Numbered from the stretch's first letter, positions 24,524 through 39,110 are shown. The stretch: DNA of 64,000 nt from Lama guanicoe (GCA_013239625.1 MU053881.1:7277957-7341956); one strand, 5' to 3'. Notes: a model not told the origin generated them from the letters alone. Translations and numbers: made by a program.

Positions 24524-27500
24524 CTACTCCACTTTCCCCGGTGGTTACTTTCAAACCCTACTTAATCAGATACCTAGGGCCTCTCCATATGGTTCTTTGA
24601 GGCATTCTGCCCTTTGCCACAGTGATGCTTGTCAAGCCAGAGGGGGACATTAAAAAAAACAGCTTTGCCTGCATTTCTACATTTCTGATCCCTTACAAAA
24701 ATGTATAGGAAAAAGTATAATGTCTAACAAAATCAACTATGTCTTAATTCGTTCAGATAACATTTCTAAATAATGCAGAATAATTTAAAAAGTCATTATT
24801 TATTGAATTAACAGAACTATTACCAGAAGCAGATGTAATATACCCATAATCCAGCCCTGTAACACATCTAACTTATTCTTCTATGATGCCTTCAAAGCCC
24901 TCATATGCCTGCAAAATCTCTTGCAGCTTGCAGACAATTTATGTTCTTCTTCTTCCGGTTAACATGGCATAGAATTTTTTTATTAATATATGTGATGGCC
25001 AAGGGAAGTCTGCTTTCACTTACCTCTTGAGGAGGTGTAGGGGGATAGTTTAGATTTAGACAGACTGAATTCTGGCTCTGCTGCTCGTAGGCTCGTCAGT
25101 AATGGGGGCATGATACGAGTTTACTCACAGGATTACGATAAGAGTTTGACTTCTGCGTATAAATTCCCTGACACAGCGTTTGGCTTAGAGTGGACATTCA
25201 TTTACGAGTGACTCTCAAATAACAGTAATACTTTAAAAACATGGATCTATCATGAATTAGAAAATAAAGTATTCGTGAATAATTAAGATAAAATACAATA
25301 TTGAATTCAAATAAATTCAACGTTTGGGCAAGATCCTCAGAACACTGAGAGTTTATATTCATTCACCTGAAGTTAGAGATGCTTGAGTGGAAACGCTTGA
25401 AAATAACTGAAGTCCATCATCACCCCTTCACAGATATGTTTGAGTGACCTGCCTCAGATCACACAGGCTGTCAGAACTAGAACTGGAAATAGAACTCTCA
25501 TGTTCCCAAAAACCGCTGAGAGACTCTAATACCAAATATCACCTTCCCTGTCACCATTGCCTCAACCAATATGGCACGAAGAGCAGACATCATTAATTCA
25601 TTAATTAATCAAATAACTTTTGAGGGATTACATCAGGGTAAGAGAGAAAGAAAGAAGAACCCTACATTGAGTATCGACATGGTAGTCATGGCTAACAAAA
25701 TGTTATGGAGAGGTAAGCTGAGGCTCTGGGAGGACATATAAGTCCCCCAAGATCACACAACTTAGTTAGTGGTGAAGCCGGGACTTGAATCTGTGTGCTT
25801 CCAAAGTTCACAATCTTTCAACTAGAATTTAACTCAATGAGAATCAACAGGTATTTTCTGACTGCTCAACCTGTGCCAGGTACTATGTAAGGATGTGGCA
25901 GTGAACAAGACAGATGTATCCTTGCACCCATGAGGCTTAACAGACCCTTCAAAGGTGAACAAAATGTAACGAGCATCAGGTAAGGTGAACTACCCACAGT
26001 ATCTGTAAACTATTCATGCAATGCAAACAAGTAAACGTGAGTCTCTACTCTGTCCAGAGTTAAGTTACACTATATGTTAAATATGCTCAGTCTTGCCTGG
26101 AAATTTGACCACCGTGATTCTTCTGCATTATTTCCATGGGAAAATGCATGCTGAATTCTTAACTGATGGGTAAAAAACTCTGGAAGCACAACAATACGCA
26201 AAGTTAGTACCTGCTTGTTACATGAGGTTTAAATGCAACAGCAGCAGATTTGCCTTTCTCATTCGGTTCTGCTGAGTTTAAAAAAATAAAATTAGTGTCA
26301 GCATGTATTTCTAGAAAGCAGACTAATTGGAGACGGGAGGGTCAATCAAGCCACAAAGATTAATTATTAAGTATCTGCTCAGAATTTGGCACTATGCCTG
26401 GGCAGTGTAGAAATATAAGACAAGATGTAAGGCTGGGCCAGTCCTATCCATGCAGAGTCTGCACACCAGATACAGGACACCCACACAAGAAACACTTCCA
26501 GTAAATGGTAGTCTATGTCAAAATTCTGGGAGCCTGGCGTGAATATATGTCCTCGAAATGTGCTGGGTTACAGAGGGATGGGGTCAGAAATAACAGGAAT
26601 TAAGCCAGGATTTAAAATAGCTCTGATTTGGATATTCAGAGAGAGTTCCTGGCAACAGTGGAAGGAGTGTTAACTAAGGAGAAAGGCACAGGACAAGTGT
26701 GCTCCAGAAAATGAACAGATGATTGAGGCCTAGGGCTGGAACTGGGGAGTACTGCGAAATAGGTCTCAGAGGTAAGTGAGGGAGCATTTTGTCTTAAACA
26801 CCTTTGCTCCCCACCTTCATGCCTAAAAATGTGCCTGACAAACAGTAGGTGCTTAGTCAATGTTTCGTGCTGTGGGAAGACATCACCTTCATGGAAAAGA
26901 AAAACAACCAAAAAAGTGCTAGCACAGCTTCAGTCTATGCCAGACAGTCCTGATATGATGAGAGCAAGCATGACATTGTGCCTAGTAAGTGCTAAGGTCT
27001 GTGATGAGACAGCTGCTGTCAGCATCCCACAGGGAAAGTGATGGCAATAGGGCAAAGAGAATCGGGGGTGATTCCTTAATGGAAGGAGAACTGGGTTGGG
27101 CCCAACGGGAAGGCAAGGTTCGGCTCTCAGGAGTCACAGTGGAGACACCAGGGCTGAGACAGAAACAGAAATGCGGGAATGCAGACACTCAGGAAACAAC
27201 AGGAAGTGGTGGCACTGTGGCTTTTAGTGAATAATTTGGCAAGTCAAACTGAGCACATCTCTGGGCTAGATTCAGGCTGTGGACCACCAATGAGAGCCCC
27301 TTAGGATGAGAAGGAAGAAAAAGGATGCTTTTCAGGTGGAGGAAACAGGTAAACGACAAAGAAAGGGCAAGGAGCAGGAAAGCTTAGTGGGACAGTAAGC
27401 ATTGACAGAGGCAGGTCTCCCCAGAACCCAGAATGCCGCTCAAAGCAATAGGAAATGGAGAGAAAAGCTAAGTTGAGTTTGCATCCCAGGTAGAAGGAAA

Positions 27501-28228
27501 GACGATGGAGAGTGAAAGGTAACTTCAGCGTGCTATGTTGCTTGGAGAAACTGTGCTGGAATTAAACATTTTCTTTTCTAATCTGGGCTGCTAAATCAAT
27601 TGTGTTTATCTTTAAGACTAATGTTATCCAAAATCACCCTGAGAAAATGTCCATTCTAGAACTCTTGGGTGGTTTTCTGGAACCTTCCCTGGTGTACTCC
27701 CGGGTTGCAGCCCTCAGATTGCCTGTGACAGCTGGAGCACTACAGACAGAGCCGTGGATTAAAAGCATCTTCAAGAACTGAGCATTTCTTTCCTCACTTA
27801 ACACATTTCACTTAAGGATTTACATCTACACCAGCTGAGCAAGTCAAAGTTATGGTTCCCTCAGTAAATGTAGCCTGTATCAAACCTAGCTGCATTTTTC
27901 TGCTGCTGAGTGAGGTTTTAACTCATGCGTCCCAACTGTGAATGGGAGATTTAATTCAAACACTATGCAAGAAATGCTGTTTTGGAAAACACGTGGCCAG
28001 CCCAGTGACGGTTTAGTGTAAACGGGTATTTCTTTCAACTCGTGTTTTTATTCAAGGGCTCCCCACAGACAGAAATCTTCTACTGCATCCTCCACAGTCT
28101 TATGGGGTGAGCAGAAATTACCTCCTTCACTCTCGCAGGCTGCTACGCTTGCCCATTTCATGGGTCAGAGCCCAGCTCTGGCAATGCAGGTGGCCAGCGT
28201 TGATTAAAAGACTACACAGGACTATTGA

Positions 28229-28523
28229 AGGAGCCAGGACTGAGGTGAGAGAGTAAGGTGATCAAGGCACCTGCCCAGAGGGCAAAATTCCAGGGTGTCA
28301 AAAAACTCACTAAGACAAATCAAATCTAATGCCATATTTGAGAAAAATAAAAATTAATACAAAAAATCCATGATGAACGAAATCTCAAAATGTTGATTTT
28401 TTAAAAATAACATTGCATTGAGACATTGTTTCTTTCTTGATTACTGAAGCTTCGGTGCCCACTTACCCTCTGCCCCCACCCCTAGGCAAATGCTTCACTT
28501 GCCTAACCCTTGTCCTGGCTCTG
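28229..28523. mobile_element. MER96B-like hAT MITE with central deletion
   Basis: Degenerate inverted ends (gagccaggactgaggtgag / cctaacccttgtcctggctc) and internal aaaattaatacaaaaaatccatgatgaac. Confidence 0.8.
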
Positions 28524-29269
28524 GAAGGCAGTCGGGAGGGAGAGCTGAGAGGATGTAGTAGATTGACTGCAGGCAAACTCCTTTGAACTTTGCTCATGGC
28601 AGATAGAGGAATACTGAGGAACACCTTGAGAAGTATTTCTCGTTGGTGCTGGTGGAACAGAATGTGTTGGATTAGTCATTGTACTAGGGGGAGTGCTAGT
28701 CAACCGTCAACAAAAACTGTCTTCTAATTTTCCAGGTGGATCCCCTGAGAAGAAACAACCCAAAGACCAGCCAGTAAGTTGTGCCAAACCACCCACTTGC
28801 CACGCCTGCCAAGAAGAGATCAGGTGACGTTCAAGTCTCAAACACTGGCCTGGGGATTACCGCATGGACAGGACTGTCAAATAGCCCGAGGGAATGCTGC
28901 AGCCTGCGAGGTGAGGTCTTCATGACCAGGACGGGCAGGGACTCTCCTCCACATTTCCAGTCCCCAGAGTCTAGTCCTGGGTGAGCGCACGCTGATGTTG
29001 GCTTAGTCAAGTAATGACTCAATTGCTCATTTAGTGGGCGGTTACATCCACCTCTGGACAGTTAACAGGGTGGAATCTTCTAGTAAGGCTGATCATTTGT
29101 CTGTGGATTTTGTTGTTTTGACTGAAAAAGCAGAGGAAAAAAAAAAAACCTTTTCTATCAGCAGCCCTTCACACTGGAACAGGTGTAATTTGGGGAACTG
29201 CTCATCCTCAAAAGGTACTCTTTGGAAGTGAGAAATTATTCCTGAAATACTTCAAAAATTAGCTTAATC

Positions 29270-29990
29270 TTTTTTTTAAATTTTGAAATAATGTTAGACC
29301 TGCAGAAAAGTTTCAAAAATAGTACAGGAAATTCCTACGTGCGCTTCATCCAGCTTCCTTTGATGTTAACATCTTAATGCTAGCCTAACCAAAGCACAAT
29401 TACCAAACCAGGACGTCTGCACTGGTATAATACTGGTAACTAAATGGCAGACCTTATTCTAATTTTGCCATTTCTCCTTCTAGCGCCTGTTTTCTGGCCC
29501 ATGACCTAATTCAGTATCCCATACTGAACTCAGTTGTCATGGTTCCTAAGTCCCCTCTACTCTGTGATGGGGCCTCAGTATTTCCTCGTCTTTCATGACC
29601 TTAAGTTTTGAAGAGAACTCATCTGCTGTTTTGTAGGATAACCCTCAGTTGTTGAACATTTTCTCGTTATGAGACTGAGGCTGTGCCATTCTGGCAGGAT
29701 GTCCCACCAGAGCAGTGTCGGGTCCTTCTCGGTGCATCTTCTCAGGAGGCACAGGATGCTGACCCGTGTCCTTCCTGGTGACGCTACCTTTCATCACTCG
29801 GTTAAGGTGGTACCTGTCAGATTTCCCCACTGTCAAGTTACTGCCTTCCCTGGTGTCACTGAGAAGTGGATACTTTGGGAAGACACTTTAAGACTACACA
29901 AATATCCTGTTTTTTGTCATACCTTTGCCCATCACATTTAGTATATCCATTGGTGGTTCTTCCTTGTAATAATGATTACAGAGGCGTTTG
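29270..29990 (-). mobile_element. L1MC4/5-like 3'UTR
   Basis: ttttgaaataatgttagacctgcagaaaagtt...gatgttaacatctta; tcactcggttaaggtggtacctgtcagatttccccactgt. Confidence 0.85.
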
Positions 29991-30487
29991 TCCAATCAAA
30001 AATGAACTTTTTATAATCTTTAAATCCTATTTAAGACCCAAAATCCCAAACCTACTGATGTGAAAGGTAATAATCTCCCTGTCAAATGTGCCTTCCCCAC
30101 AGCCGTGTGGAGCAGACATCCAGTTGAGGCACAGCAAATCTGTGGTACCTGAATCACCATCCCCGCCCCTCACTGACGCAGGAATCTGGGCTGTCTTTCT
30201 CACTGGTCCACATAAGTCCTCAAAATTCTCCCCCTACTAGAAAAGAAGCCACTGCCAATCGGTAAGAACTGTCATGGGAAGTGAAACATACTTCATCTCT
30301 GCTCTCGGTTGGGTGTTTAGTTTGTCTTTAAATTGCTGCATCCCTGGGGCATCTTCTCTTGGACCAGTCTCATGAGAATCTTTAGAAGCAGCAGATCCAG
30401 GGCCACTGGGGAGAAAAGACGTGCACAGGCAGCTCCCATGGGCCTGTGGGGTTTCCTCATTTGGGGGCAATTCCTTTGAGTCCTAGG

Positions 30488-30926
30488 CAGTGGGATGCTG
30501 GTAAAAGTTTATCAACTGTCTCTCCAGGAAGGAAAAAATTAAAATCTGGATATATAGCGTTCGCCAGTTTTGTGGTATGAGTACTCCCTTCATGGCCAAT
30601 TTCAAGCTGCTAACGTGGCATCGCTGAACACAGAGTTGGGAAGAGATGGGCAGCAGCAGAGCATTAAACAGTATTTCTACCATACGGACAAAACCGACGG
30701 AAGTTACGTCAAGCACACAGATGGGGACAAAGTACAGTAAGATAATTAGGAGGTGATACATTCTGAGTATCTATTTATTACTTTGGTTTTAGTATGGTTT
30801 ATTAATTATAGATATTTATATAAAATTTTCATGATGGCTGTTATTTAACAAATACCTCACAAAATTTCTAAAAACTTAACACTTGGTTCTCATGAGCTGG
30901 TATGAGCCAGCTCCAGCACACTACCC
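30488..30926 (-). mobile_element. MER63B-like hAT-Blackjack element, near full length
   Basis: Terminal inverted repeats cagtgggatgctgg / ccagcacactac; internal catggccaatttcaagctgctaacgtg...gagttgggaagagatg. Confidence 0.85.
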
Positions 30927-31669
30927 CATACAGAGCCCCAAAGTTCTGGAACACCCCAAGGGAGCCCCTGAAACGGCAGGATGACGCTTTTCTCCAGTCC
31001 CTTCAGGAATGCTTATGAGGTCCAGATGCCCTGCAGGCGATGGCCCTGCTCCAACAGCAGCATCTGCTACTTCTTGGCGAGCCTCTCTTGATGTCCATGA
31101 GGGCTCCAAAGCACCTGCTTGCCGCCAGGGCCAGCTTGAGGGATGCTTTCAGTGCCAGTGGGGTCCCGAATCCTCCCCACGCTCAGTACCTGTCTGCCAT
31201 TCTCCCAGGAGGCCCCCTGGCCCTGAACTGTTTTTAAAAGAATCATAGAGTGTTTCAGAAGGAGCCTGGAGCAGTGGGAGGTGCACAGGGGAAGGGGAAT
31301 CGCGAGGGAAGAAGCAAAGCCACGTGGACTGAGTGCAGAGTACATGCCACGTACGGTGCTGCCTGTTTTTCACAGATGTCCTTGTTTACTGTGACCCTGT
31401 GACCCAGAGAAATAGCAACCCCATTTTTACCAAGGGATTACCTGACTCCCCAGGGCTCCCTAGCTAACAAGCCCCAGGAGCTAGGATGCACCCCAGCTCT
31501 GCTCACCCCTAAGCCCCAGCATCTCTCGTAGGACACCTGGGGATTTCTATGTGTTTGAGGGATGATTACATGAATGCAGCCTCACCTCAAAGCTTGCACG
31601 CTTACTTCCACCAGGGAAACAATGCTGGTAAAGTGCTCTTAAGTGTGTAGAGTGTAAATGAAGTGATGG

Positions 31670-31900
31670 AAGGAAAGCACTGTGGTGTGTGAAAGGAGCG
31701 AGACGGGGTGACTTGCTCCAGGCTCTGCCTTTTACTAACTCTCTGATCTTAATTAGGAACGTCACCAAGCCTCTCTCTGAGGCTCGCTTCCTCACCAGGA
31801 AAATGGGGATAATAAAACTAATCTTGCCATGTGGCGGCCAGCAACAAACAGTTGTGAGGTATGAGAAAGCACTTTGCAGGCAAAAAGGTGCCAGGAAAGA
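31670..31900 (+). mobile_element. MIR SINE
   Basis: ctctgcctttactaac...cctctctctgaggctcgcttcctcaccaggaaaatggggataataa. Confidence 0.8.
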
Positions 31901-33026
31901 AAGTACCGTAGGCCGCTGTCCATGACATCGTAAGGTTATTGCGTTGGCCTAGGAAGGATGCATGGACGCAGAGGAAGAGCAAGGGGTAAAAAGAAAATGG
32001 CTTTGGACACAGCAGAAGGTACAGGATTCTTATCTATTTCAACGTTAAGTTTGGGGCTCAATGAGCTGCTCTCTGTTTGGAATGCACCACAGACAAATGG
32101 ATTTCAGCAAGCCTTGTCTCCCTGCCTTCTATTTGAAATACAAGGCAGCAGATAGGATAGAAGAAAATCCTGCTGCCTTTGCAGAGTGGTGTTGATCCCG
32201 GGAACTAAATGGTGATGCAAAGAGGCAGCGTCAGCCTCCCTTCAAGCCTGCATCAGGCAGGCTGCCCGAGATTCTCCAGAGATTCTCAAGAGAGCCCAGA
32301 ACTCAGGGCGGCCAAGGGTGGGGGACGCACTTCACAGGAAGACACCAAGCACAGACCAGCAGGGCTGCTTCCTTCACTCAGGGCAGGGCAGGGGCAGTGC
32401 TGGACCAGGAACACCCTCCAGGCAAAGTACTCCCTGTGCACACCTCAGTCCCTTCCCCACCCCGGGGACCCGAACAGAACTGAGGATGCCAATGCCCTCC
32501 TGCAGTCAGTGTCTAATCCTCTGTTAGGAAGGAACAGAGGTGTGTGCGCATGTGTATTCATGTTAAAAAATACATGCACCCAAGCTCACACATGCGTATT
32601 CAACACAACAGCAGGTGGGAGAGGTAGGGATAAAGGTAAGGAACACACACGCACACACACACACACACGAAACAAGACAGCGCCTTGCACAGACCAATGA
32701 GGATAACATGTTCCAAAACGAGTGTGATTAGTTTAATCCCTGCACTTGACATCAAAGGAAGGTAAGAGCATGGAGCACACCCTCCTAGCACTCACAGCAG
32801 AAGATCCAAGGGGGAAACCAGGCTCTGCCATTGATTGGGACGAGTCATATTCATTCATTTGTCCATTCCAGCAACAGATAGCTTCGTGAGCCAGGCATTG
32901 TGCAGGGCGGGCAATGGGGAAGGGAGAGCTACAGAGCAGGGTACTCCCGATTACACCGGCAGGGGGATGATAACCCAGATGCTACGACAGAGCAGGCTCA
33001 CAAGAGAAGGGTGCGGAGGAGGGTTA

Positions 33027-33681
33027 TGTTAGAGCAGGCGGATAGCTAGATATGAGCAGAGAAAGGGGGACACAGATCAAATGGCAGGAACTGGGCAGAA
33101 AGGAGGGGCACAGGCCAAATGCAGGAAACTACACATGATTTAAGCACCAGGGGTCCCTGGGCAGAGAAAGAAAAGCAGGAACTTTTGGGCTGGTTAAGGG
33201 ATCATGCTTTTTGGGGTGACAAGTGGCCTGGAGAAGAACAAAGAAAGGTGAGAAAAGGTAGGAATTTCCAGTGTCCAAATGTAACCTTTTGCTCATTATG
33301 CCCTCATTTCAATAAAATTAGCCTTGCAGATCAGAAGTACCCATCAGGCACCGATGCCATGACACTCCCAATCCAGACTAAATAAGGACAAAAATCTCTC
33401 CTCCCTTTGGGAAGGTGGAGTTGGGATGATAATCAGGGAATACGACCCCAAACCCTTCCCTCCCCAGTGAATATTCCGCCCATTCATTTTTACACCCTAT
33501 GTAGCTACCTTGCCAAAGAAACTCAGGGCAGCCGCTCACCTGAGCCTGCCTGCTCTTCCCTTGAGAGTGTACTAGCCATCCTTTAATAAATCCTCACTTT
33601 ACTTTTTTTTAACCACTACGTCTTGTCTCTGAATTCTTTCTGGGGCGGGACAAGAACCTGGAATACCGGTTGCATCTATCA
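33027..33681 (+). mobile_element. ERV1-class solo LTR (MER50/MER4-group-like), ~655 bp, inserted in an L2
   Basis: Begins TGTTAGA and ends TCTATCA (near-inverted termini). AATAAA at 33585 is followed by a U5-like gtctctgaattctttc...gacaagaacc. Antisense L2 sequence lies on both flanks. Confidence 0.85.
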
Positions 33682-34253
33682 GCAAGTCAGAGAAGGCTTC
33701 CTGCGTAGAGTGACGTTTCATCTGACTTCTGAACATGAGGTCCGATTTAGCTAGGCAGAGTGGAGGCCGTGCATTCTGACTCCGCAAACAGCATACACAG
33801 CAGCCCAGAACAGAGACAGAGGGCTGTGCATTTGAGGGGCTGAAAGAATTTTAATGGAGCAGGAGATTGGAGTGTAAGTGGAACTGGCAAGAGGCAAGGC
33901 TGCAAGTGTAGGCTCTGTGAAGCTGAGGGAGTGAGGCTTGCTCTCTGAGCCTCTGTGCTCAAGTTCCTGGCAGGAGACACACACAGGGAAGTGCAACAAC
34001 GCACCTAGTGCTGTGGTATCAGCCTGAACACACAGTTATGAAAACACACAGAAGGAAGTCCTTAAACCTGCCTCGAGGTGGAGGGGAGAGGAGGAGGACA
34101 CGGAAGTGAGAAGATTTCAAAAAGGAAATATTATCTGAGCTGAACCTAAAAGGAATTTAGGATTTTACTTGCATAAAAAAGAACAGGAATTGGGAAAGAC
34201 ATTCCAAGCAAGAGAAAAAACTTGAGCAAAGCCCTTTCTACCAGTGTCTTAGC

Positions 34254-34781
34254 TGATGAATAAAAATGTCAGAAACCCCAAACCAATTGTGACTACTGCA
34301 ACCGAAAGATACTGTAAACTGCAAAGCGTATCAGTGAACAAAGAACGCTGAAGCCATCAAGGCATCAGCAGCTGTCACCACCCCCTAGTGAGGACAGGCC
34401 TGCAGCCCGGCCTCTGCAGCCACTCACAGTGGTGCCCTCTGAGGGGACTCAGAATAAGAAAGGACAGGACACTGGCCCTAGATAGCTAGGTGCTTGTCAA
34501 AGGAATGAATTCAATGAGCCCAGATGCTTGCTCCCTCCCATACATAGAAAAGCGCTAAATTCTTTAACTTGAGATGTCTGGCTTTCTTTAGTTAATAAAT
34601 AGTCTTTTAATGTCCTGACTACCAGGTCTTTGTTGTAAAGCTCCTGTATCTCCTAGCTCATCCCCTGCCTCTTCGGAGCAGTCCCTTAGAGCCATCTGAG
34701 AGGCTGTCATCACGGCTCGAGTCTTCCCGCCAAATAAAACTTAACTCTCAACTTTTAGGCTGTGCATTTATTTCAGCCTCG
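34254..34781 (+). mobile_element. ERV1-class solo LTR (MER34-like)
   Basis: cctcttcggagcagtcccttagagccatctgagaggctgtc...ccaaataaaacttaactctcaactt...tgtgcattt; boundaries approximate. Confidence 0.8.
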
Positions 34782-36019
34782 GAAAAACCCAAGTTTAGAC
34801 AGTGGGCTCAAAGGGTCTTTTTTTTTTTTAGCTGATCCTGTGCATTCTCTGTGTTCTACAACCAACACCCTCTCCTCTTCAGAATTAAGAGTCAGCTTTC
34901 CCCACTTTGTGACTGCTTAGCAGGGTACAGAACAATGACTCTCCTGTCTGTCAGAGGAATGAAACATAAAAAAGAAAAGCCTATTTCAAAGAGAGGGAAA
35001 GCCAACTCCCCCTGGGTCTGGCACAAAATTAAATTTTATGAGTTACTCAGCAGCCGGCAAGGCACAGAAGGAAGCCAGTGTGAAACCGCCTTTCAAAGTA
35101 ACCTAAGTTGACAAAACTTGCTCGGTGACAGTGACGGGGAGAAAAGGAGTTAACAGAGGCAGAAGTCAGACCTTGCATCCTTCTCCTAAGCCTGTCCCTT
35201 CCATAGGGTAAGTGCACCTCAAGGAAGCTGGGTGAGGGAATTTAACACTGTCATGACAAAATATCAACACCCAGGCATAGAAGGACATCCCCTCCTGAGT
35301 CATCTGCCACCCAAGGTTACAAAGAATAAGGTAATAACAGGAAAGCATAGCTTCCTCATGCCAGGCCTGCTGTGCTGGGTTGTAATCACCCAAACAATGA
35401 TGATCTATTGAAGACAAGCATTCTTTCCCATCCCCCAAACACACAACGCCCCCTCAAAGGAAGGGTGGCATCCTGCACCATAATGGCTAAATTTCCACTC
35501 CTGGTTCTGCGTCTTGGCGATGGTTCAGGCAGGTAGGTATGGTCCATGCTTAGGCTGGGGGTGGGACGAATGGACTATTTCATGGTGCCAAGAAAGAGCC
35601 AGTCAAAGAAAAATGGATGCCTATGTTGTTATCAACGGAGAGGATCCAAACCACCAGAGAAAACTCCAGGCCATTTACTCTGAGAGCCTTTTTTAAAAAA
35701 TTTTTCTTTCAAATTTCCAGTTTTGAGAAGTTGGTGCCTGAAGACACCAACAGCACATCTGATGGCTTGGATTTTCAAAGTCAGATCTTTGCACAGGCCA
35801 TGTCCCCGCTACCACATAAAAACGAATTTAGGAGTGAAAATGAGTGTGCTCGAACATTTCGCCATTTTACGGTTTATTAAATGCCACATTGGAAGATGCC
35901 AGGTTTTATAGACTGGAAAGGGCTCTTCAATTAAGAAGGTAAAGAACTGAAGATGAGCCCAACTGTTCTTCCATTTCTAGTGAATACTGAAGATGGAAAA
36001 AAAAAATTAGGTCACATTA

Positions 36020-36187
36020 GAGTGGTGGTTCTTAAAGTGTTGTCCCTGGACCAGCAGCATCCACATCACCTGGGAACTTATTAGAAAAATAAATGATCGG
36101 GCCTCTTTCTCCAAATGCAATGATGGGAAACCTGTTTTAATGGTTCCTCCAGGTCACTGGGATGCCTGCTCAAGTTGAAGACCTTCG
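36020..36187. mobile_element. MER5A hAT-Charlie MITE
   Basis: gtggttcttaaagtgttgtccctggaccagcagcatccacatcacctgggaacttattagaaa...aagttgaagacc. Confidence 0.85.
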
Positions 36188-36191
36188 CACG

Positions 36192-36372
36192 AGAGCTGGG
36201 GTCCTCCACCCTGGCTGCCTGTTGTCATCCCCGGATGAACACGCTGTTGTGATGCCCTCGGCAACCCCAGGCCAATTCAATCAGAACAACCAGGACTGGA
36301 GTCTAGGCACAGCTGCTTTTAACAAGGCTCCTCGGTGGTGTAACGTGCAGCCAGAGTTAAGAGTCACCATGT
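36192..36372. mobile_element. MER5B/MER5A1-like MITE directly adjacent to the MER5A
   Basis: ccctggctgc...ccccaggccaattcaatcagaa...gtaacgtgcagccagagttaagag. Confidence 0.75.
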
Positions 36373-37429
36373 ACTAGAATAAGAGGGATTTAGGTTAGAT
36401 ACTTTGAGACTCCTGATTTTTAGTTTAACTCAAAGTAATAATGGTCACTAATGTATCATCTTCATCAGAGAAAAAGCTTTTGAGAAGAGGAGAGCTTTCC
36501 ATCTTCATAAGCTAGAAAGGACAGATGCAAAGCTCACCAAAAGCACTGGAACATTGTACCAAACCCAATGGTGGTAACAGTATTTAACAACTCATCAGCA
36601 AAGACAGTTGCTCATCCTGAAAAAGGGGTGGGCTAGTCCCCACATTCCAAAGTCATTATAAAAGCAATGCACTCAGAGGCAGTCAAGAGTGACACCACAC
36701 CTCCCACATGCCTCAAGTCCCGATGCCACGATCCCCCGAGGGGAGCTCAGAGCCTCCCACTCACTTCTTGGCTTTGGAGACTCAAGTCCTTAGGGTGTAT
36801 GACAGAGCAGCCTTTTTTCACCAGTGTCTGGTGTTACCCAATGTGCAAAATGGTAACAACCTGTCAGGACAGAACTCCAGGGGGCCCACTCCCATGGGAT
36901 GGGCAGAGTCTCAGCATCGCTGCTTAACAGATGAGCTGTGAAGAGGGGCCATCCTTCTAACCAAATTACGAAGTTGGCAGAGCATATTACGTGTGTGCCT
37001 CAAACTGGGGTCCACTAGCACAGTTCCAAGGAGCCAGGGTTTTTTTTCCCCCCATACGAAAAGAGACCTGAGCATTACTAAAGTGAAGGAAGCATTGTAC
37101 ATTCTTCTCAACAGGAAGAGACAACATTCTTGGGGCTGTTTCTGGAGAAATGATGGGCCAACCATCATGCTTTTAAACTATAAGTGAGAGTAAGATCAAA
37201 CTCTCCCTTAAATTTTTTTTCAAAGATCAAATAGCAAAAGCTGGAACAAGTTCCAACAGCTGGCTACTGAATATGTTTATGAAAACATTACCATCATCAT
37301 GGCATCCTCACAGAGTGAACTGTAAGTACCCAAGCTCTGACGCATTACACTCCCTCTCCCCCCAAAAAGGACGAGCATAGAAAAAATGAGAAGGAGAAGA
37401 CCATGCTTCTGTATCCCCAATGCCTATGA

Positions 37430-37660
37430 TTATGCAGACATTGGAGTCTGACCACCCTGAGTTTGAATTTTGACCCTGCCGTTTATTGGCTGTCTGGCCT
37501 TGAACTTTGTCTTTGAATTTCAGGTTTCCATCTATAAAATGGGAATAATAATGGGACTTATTGTTAGCACTGATCAGGGTGAGCAGAGAGATGACCGGGA
37601 TTGCATTTAGCACAGTGACTAAAAAACAGCAAATGAAGAAACAGTTGTGATCATTAATTA
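37430..37660 (+). mobile_element. MIR SINE followed by an L2 tail (37670-37910)
   Basis: ttggagtctgaccaccctgagtttgaat...catctataaaatgggaataata; then ccaatgcctggcaca...gaatgaatgaatgaatgaa. Confidence 0.8.
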
Positions 37661-38906
37661 TTCACTCTTGAACACCCAGCTGAAGCTCCACCTCCCTTGA
37701 GAAAGCTCCCTTGACAACAGTGCTTACACACACACATGATCTTTGCAGCTCCAGTATGCATCTAGATTTTACTCATTCTATTATATTGCAACTGCTTATT
37801 TATACGTCTATAAGCATTTTCTTAAGGAAAAATACATGCCTCTGTGTCCCCAATGCCTGGCACAAACATGGCACAGCATATGTACAAATGAATGAATGAA
37901 TGAATGAAGCAAGCTAGCTATGCATTCACCTAGAAATGAGATAAGAAAAAACTTAATTAGGATGGTAAGTGTGGAAAGGAAAAGACAGAAGAGAGACAAA
38001 CAAGGAAATTGATAATAATGGTTGACTCTGGGATATGAGTAGGAAGAAAATATTGTTTTTGCAGAGTTTTCTAATAAAGTCAATCATAGATACAGTTCAT
38101 CCAGGAAGCCCTTCTCTGAGGATTTGCTAGGGAGGAGAGTTGGGGTAGAGAGAATGGTCACACAAATACTTAGAAAAGGTTTACTGGTTGTTGGGTCTAC
38201 CCAGTCCTCTGAAACCAGCCCATCCAGGGGAAGATACTCCTGGACATTACTCAAGGACAAGGTCAGGTTGCAAAGGAACCTGAGTCAAATCAAGAACCCT
38301 CATTTCTGTCTTCCAAGTCATAAGAACTCTAGGCCAGTGTATTATAACTGTCTCTCAGTCTTTACCGTTGTCACTATTCCATCTCCCTCATTGTCTTCGG
38401 CAGACTCTGTCCCTTGGAAGCCCTCCACTTACTCCCACTGAGATTTTCCTTTTGGTCTCATCCCTGCCTAATCTCTGAATGATGTCTACCAATATACATT
38501 GGCTTCACTGCCACAGCCATCTCCCTAACACCATCTCACTCCTCACCCTTTCTCTAGAGTCTAGCCCGGAGCAATCTGCTCATCCAGAGTCTTAACCATT
38601 TCCACCATCACTGGAGAAACAAAACCAAGGAAAATCAGCCAAGAAAGCAGATAATTGGGTCTTCTCAGCTATGCAAGTAAAAAGTTTGCAATATGTCCAT
38701 ACCTACACCCTGAGAAGGCCTGTCCAACAAGAAATATGGTGACAAAATGCTACATGCTTAACTCTAATCCCGAAACCATCTTTCACAGCCAGGGGGGTTA
38801 GTCCCTGGAAAAGCTGGCCCGCTGAGGAAGCCTCTGCCTTTTATCTTTAGACTTCAACTGCTATTCATCAGCATCAATATTTTAGAACTTAATCAACTCA
38901 GCCCTA

Positions 38907-39110
<204 letters not shown>

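Noticed and set aside
32209..32700. 163-aa plus-strand ORF (likewise 8649..9122, 157 aa)
   Set aside because: They run through (CA)n or MIR/MER104 sequence, show no protein similarity I can recognise, and have no supporting gene structure.
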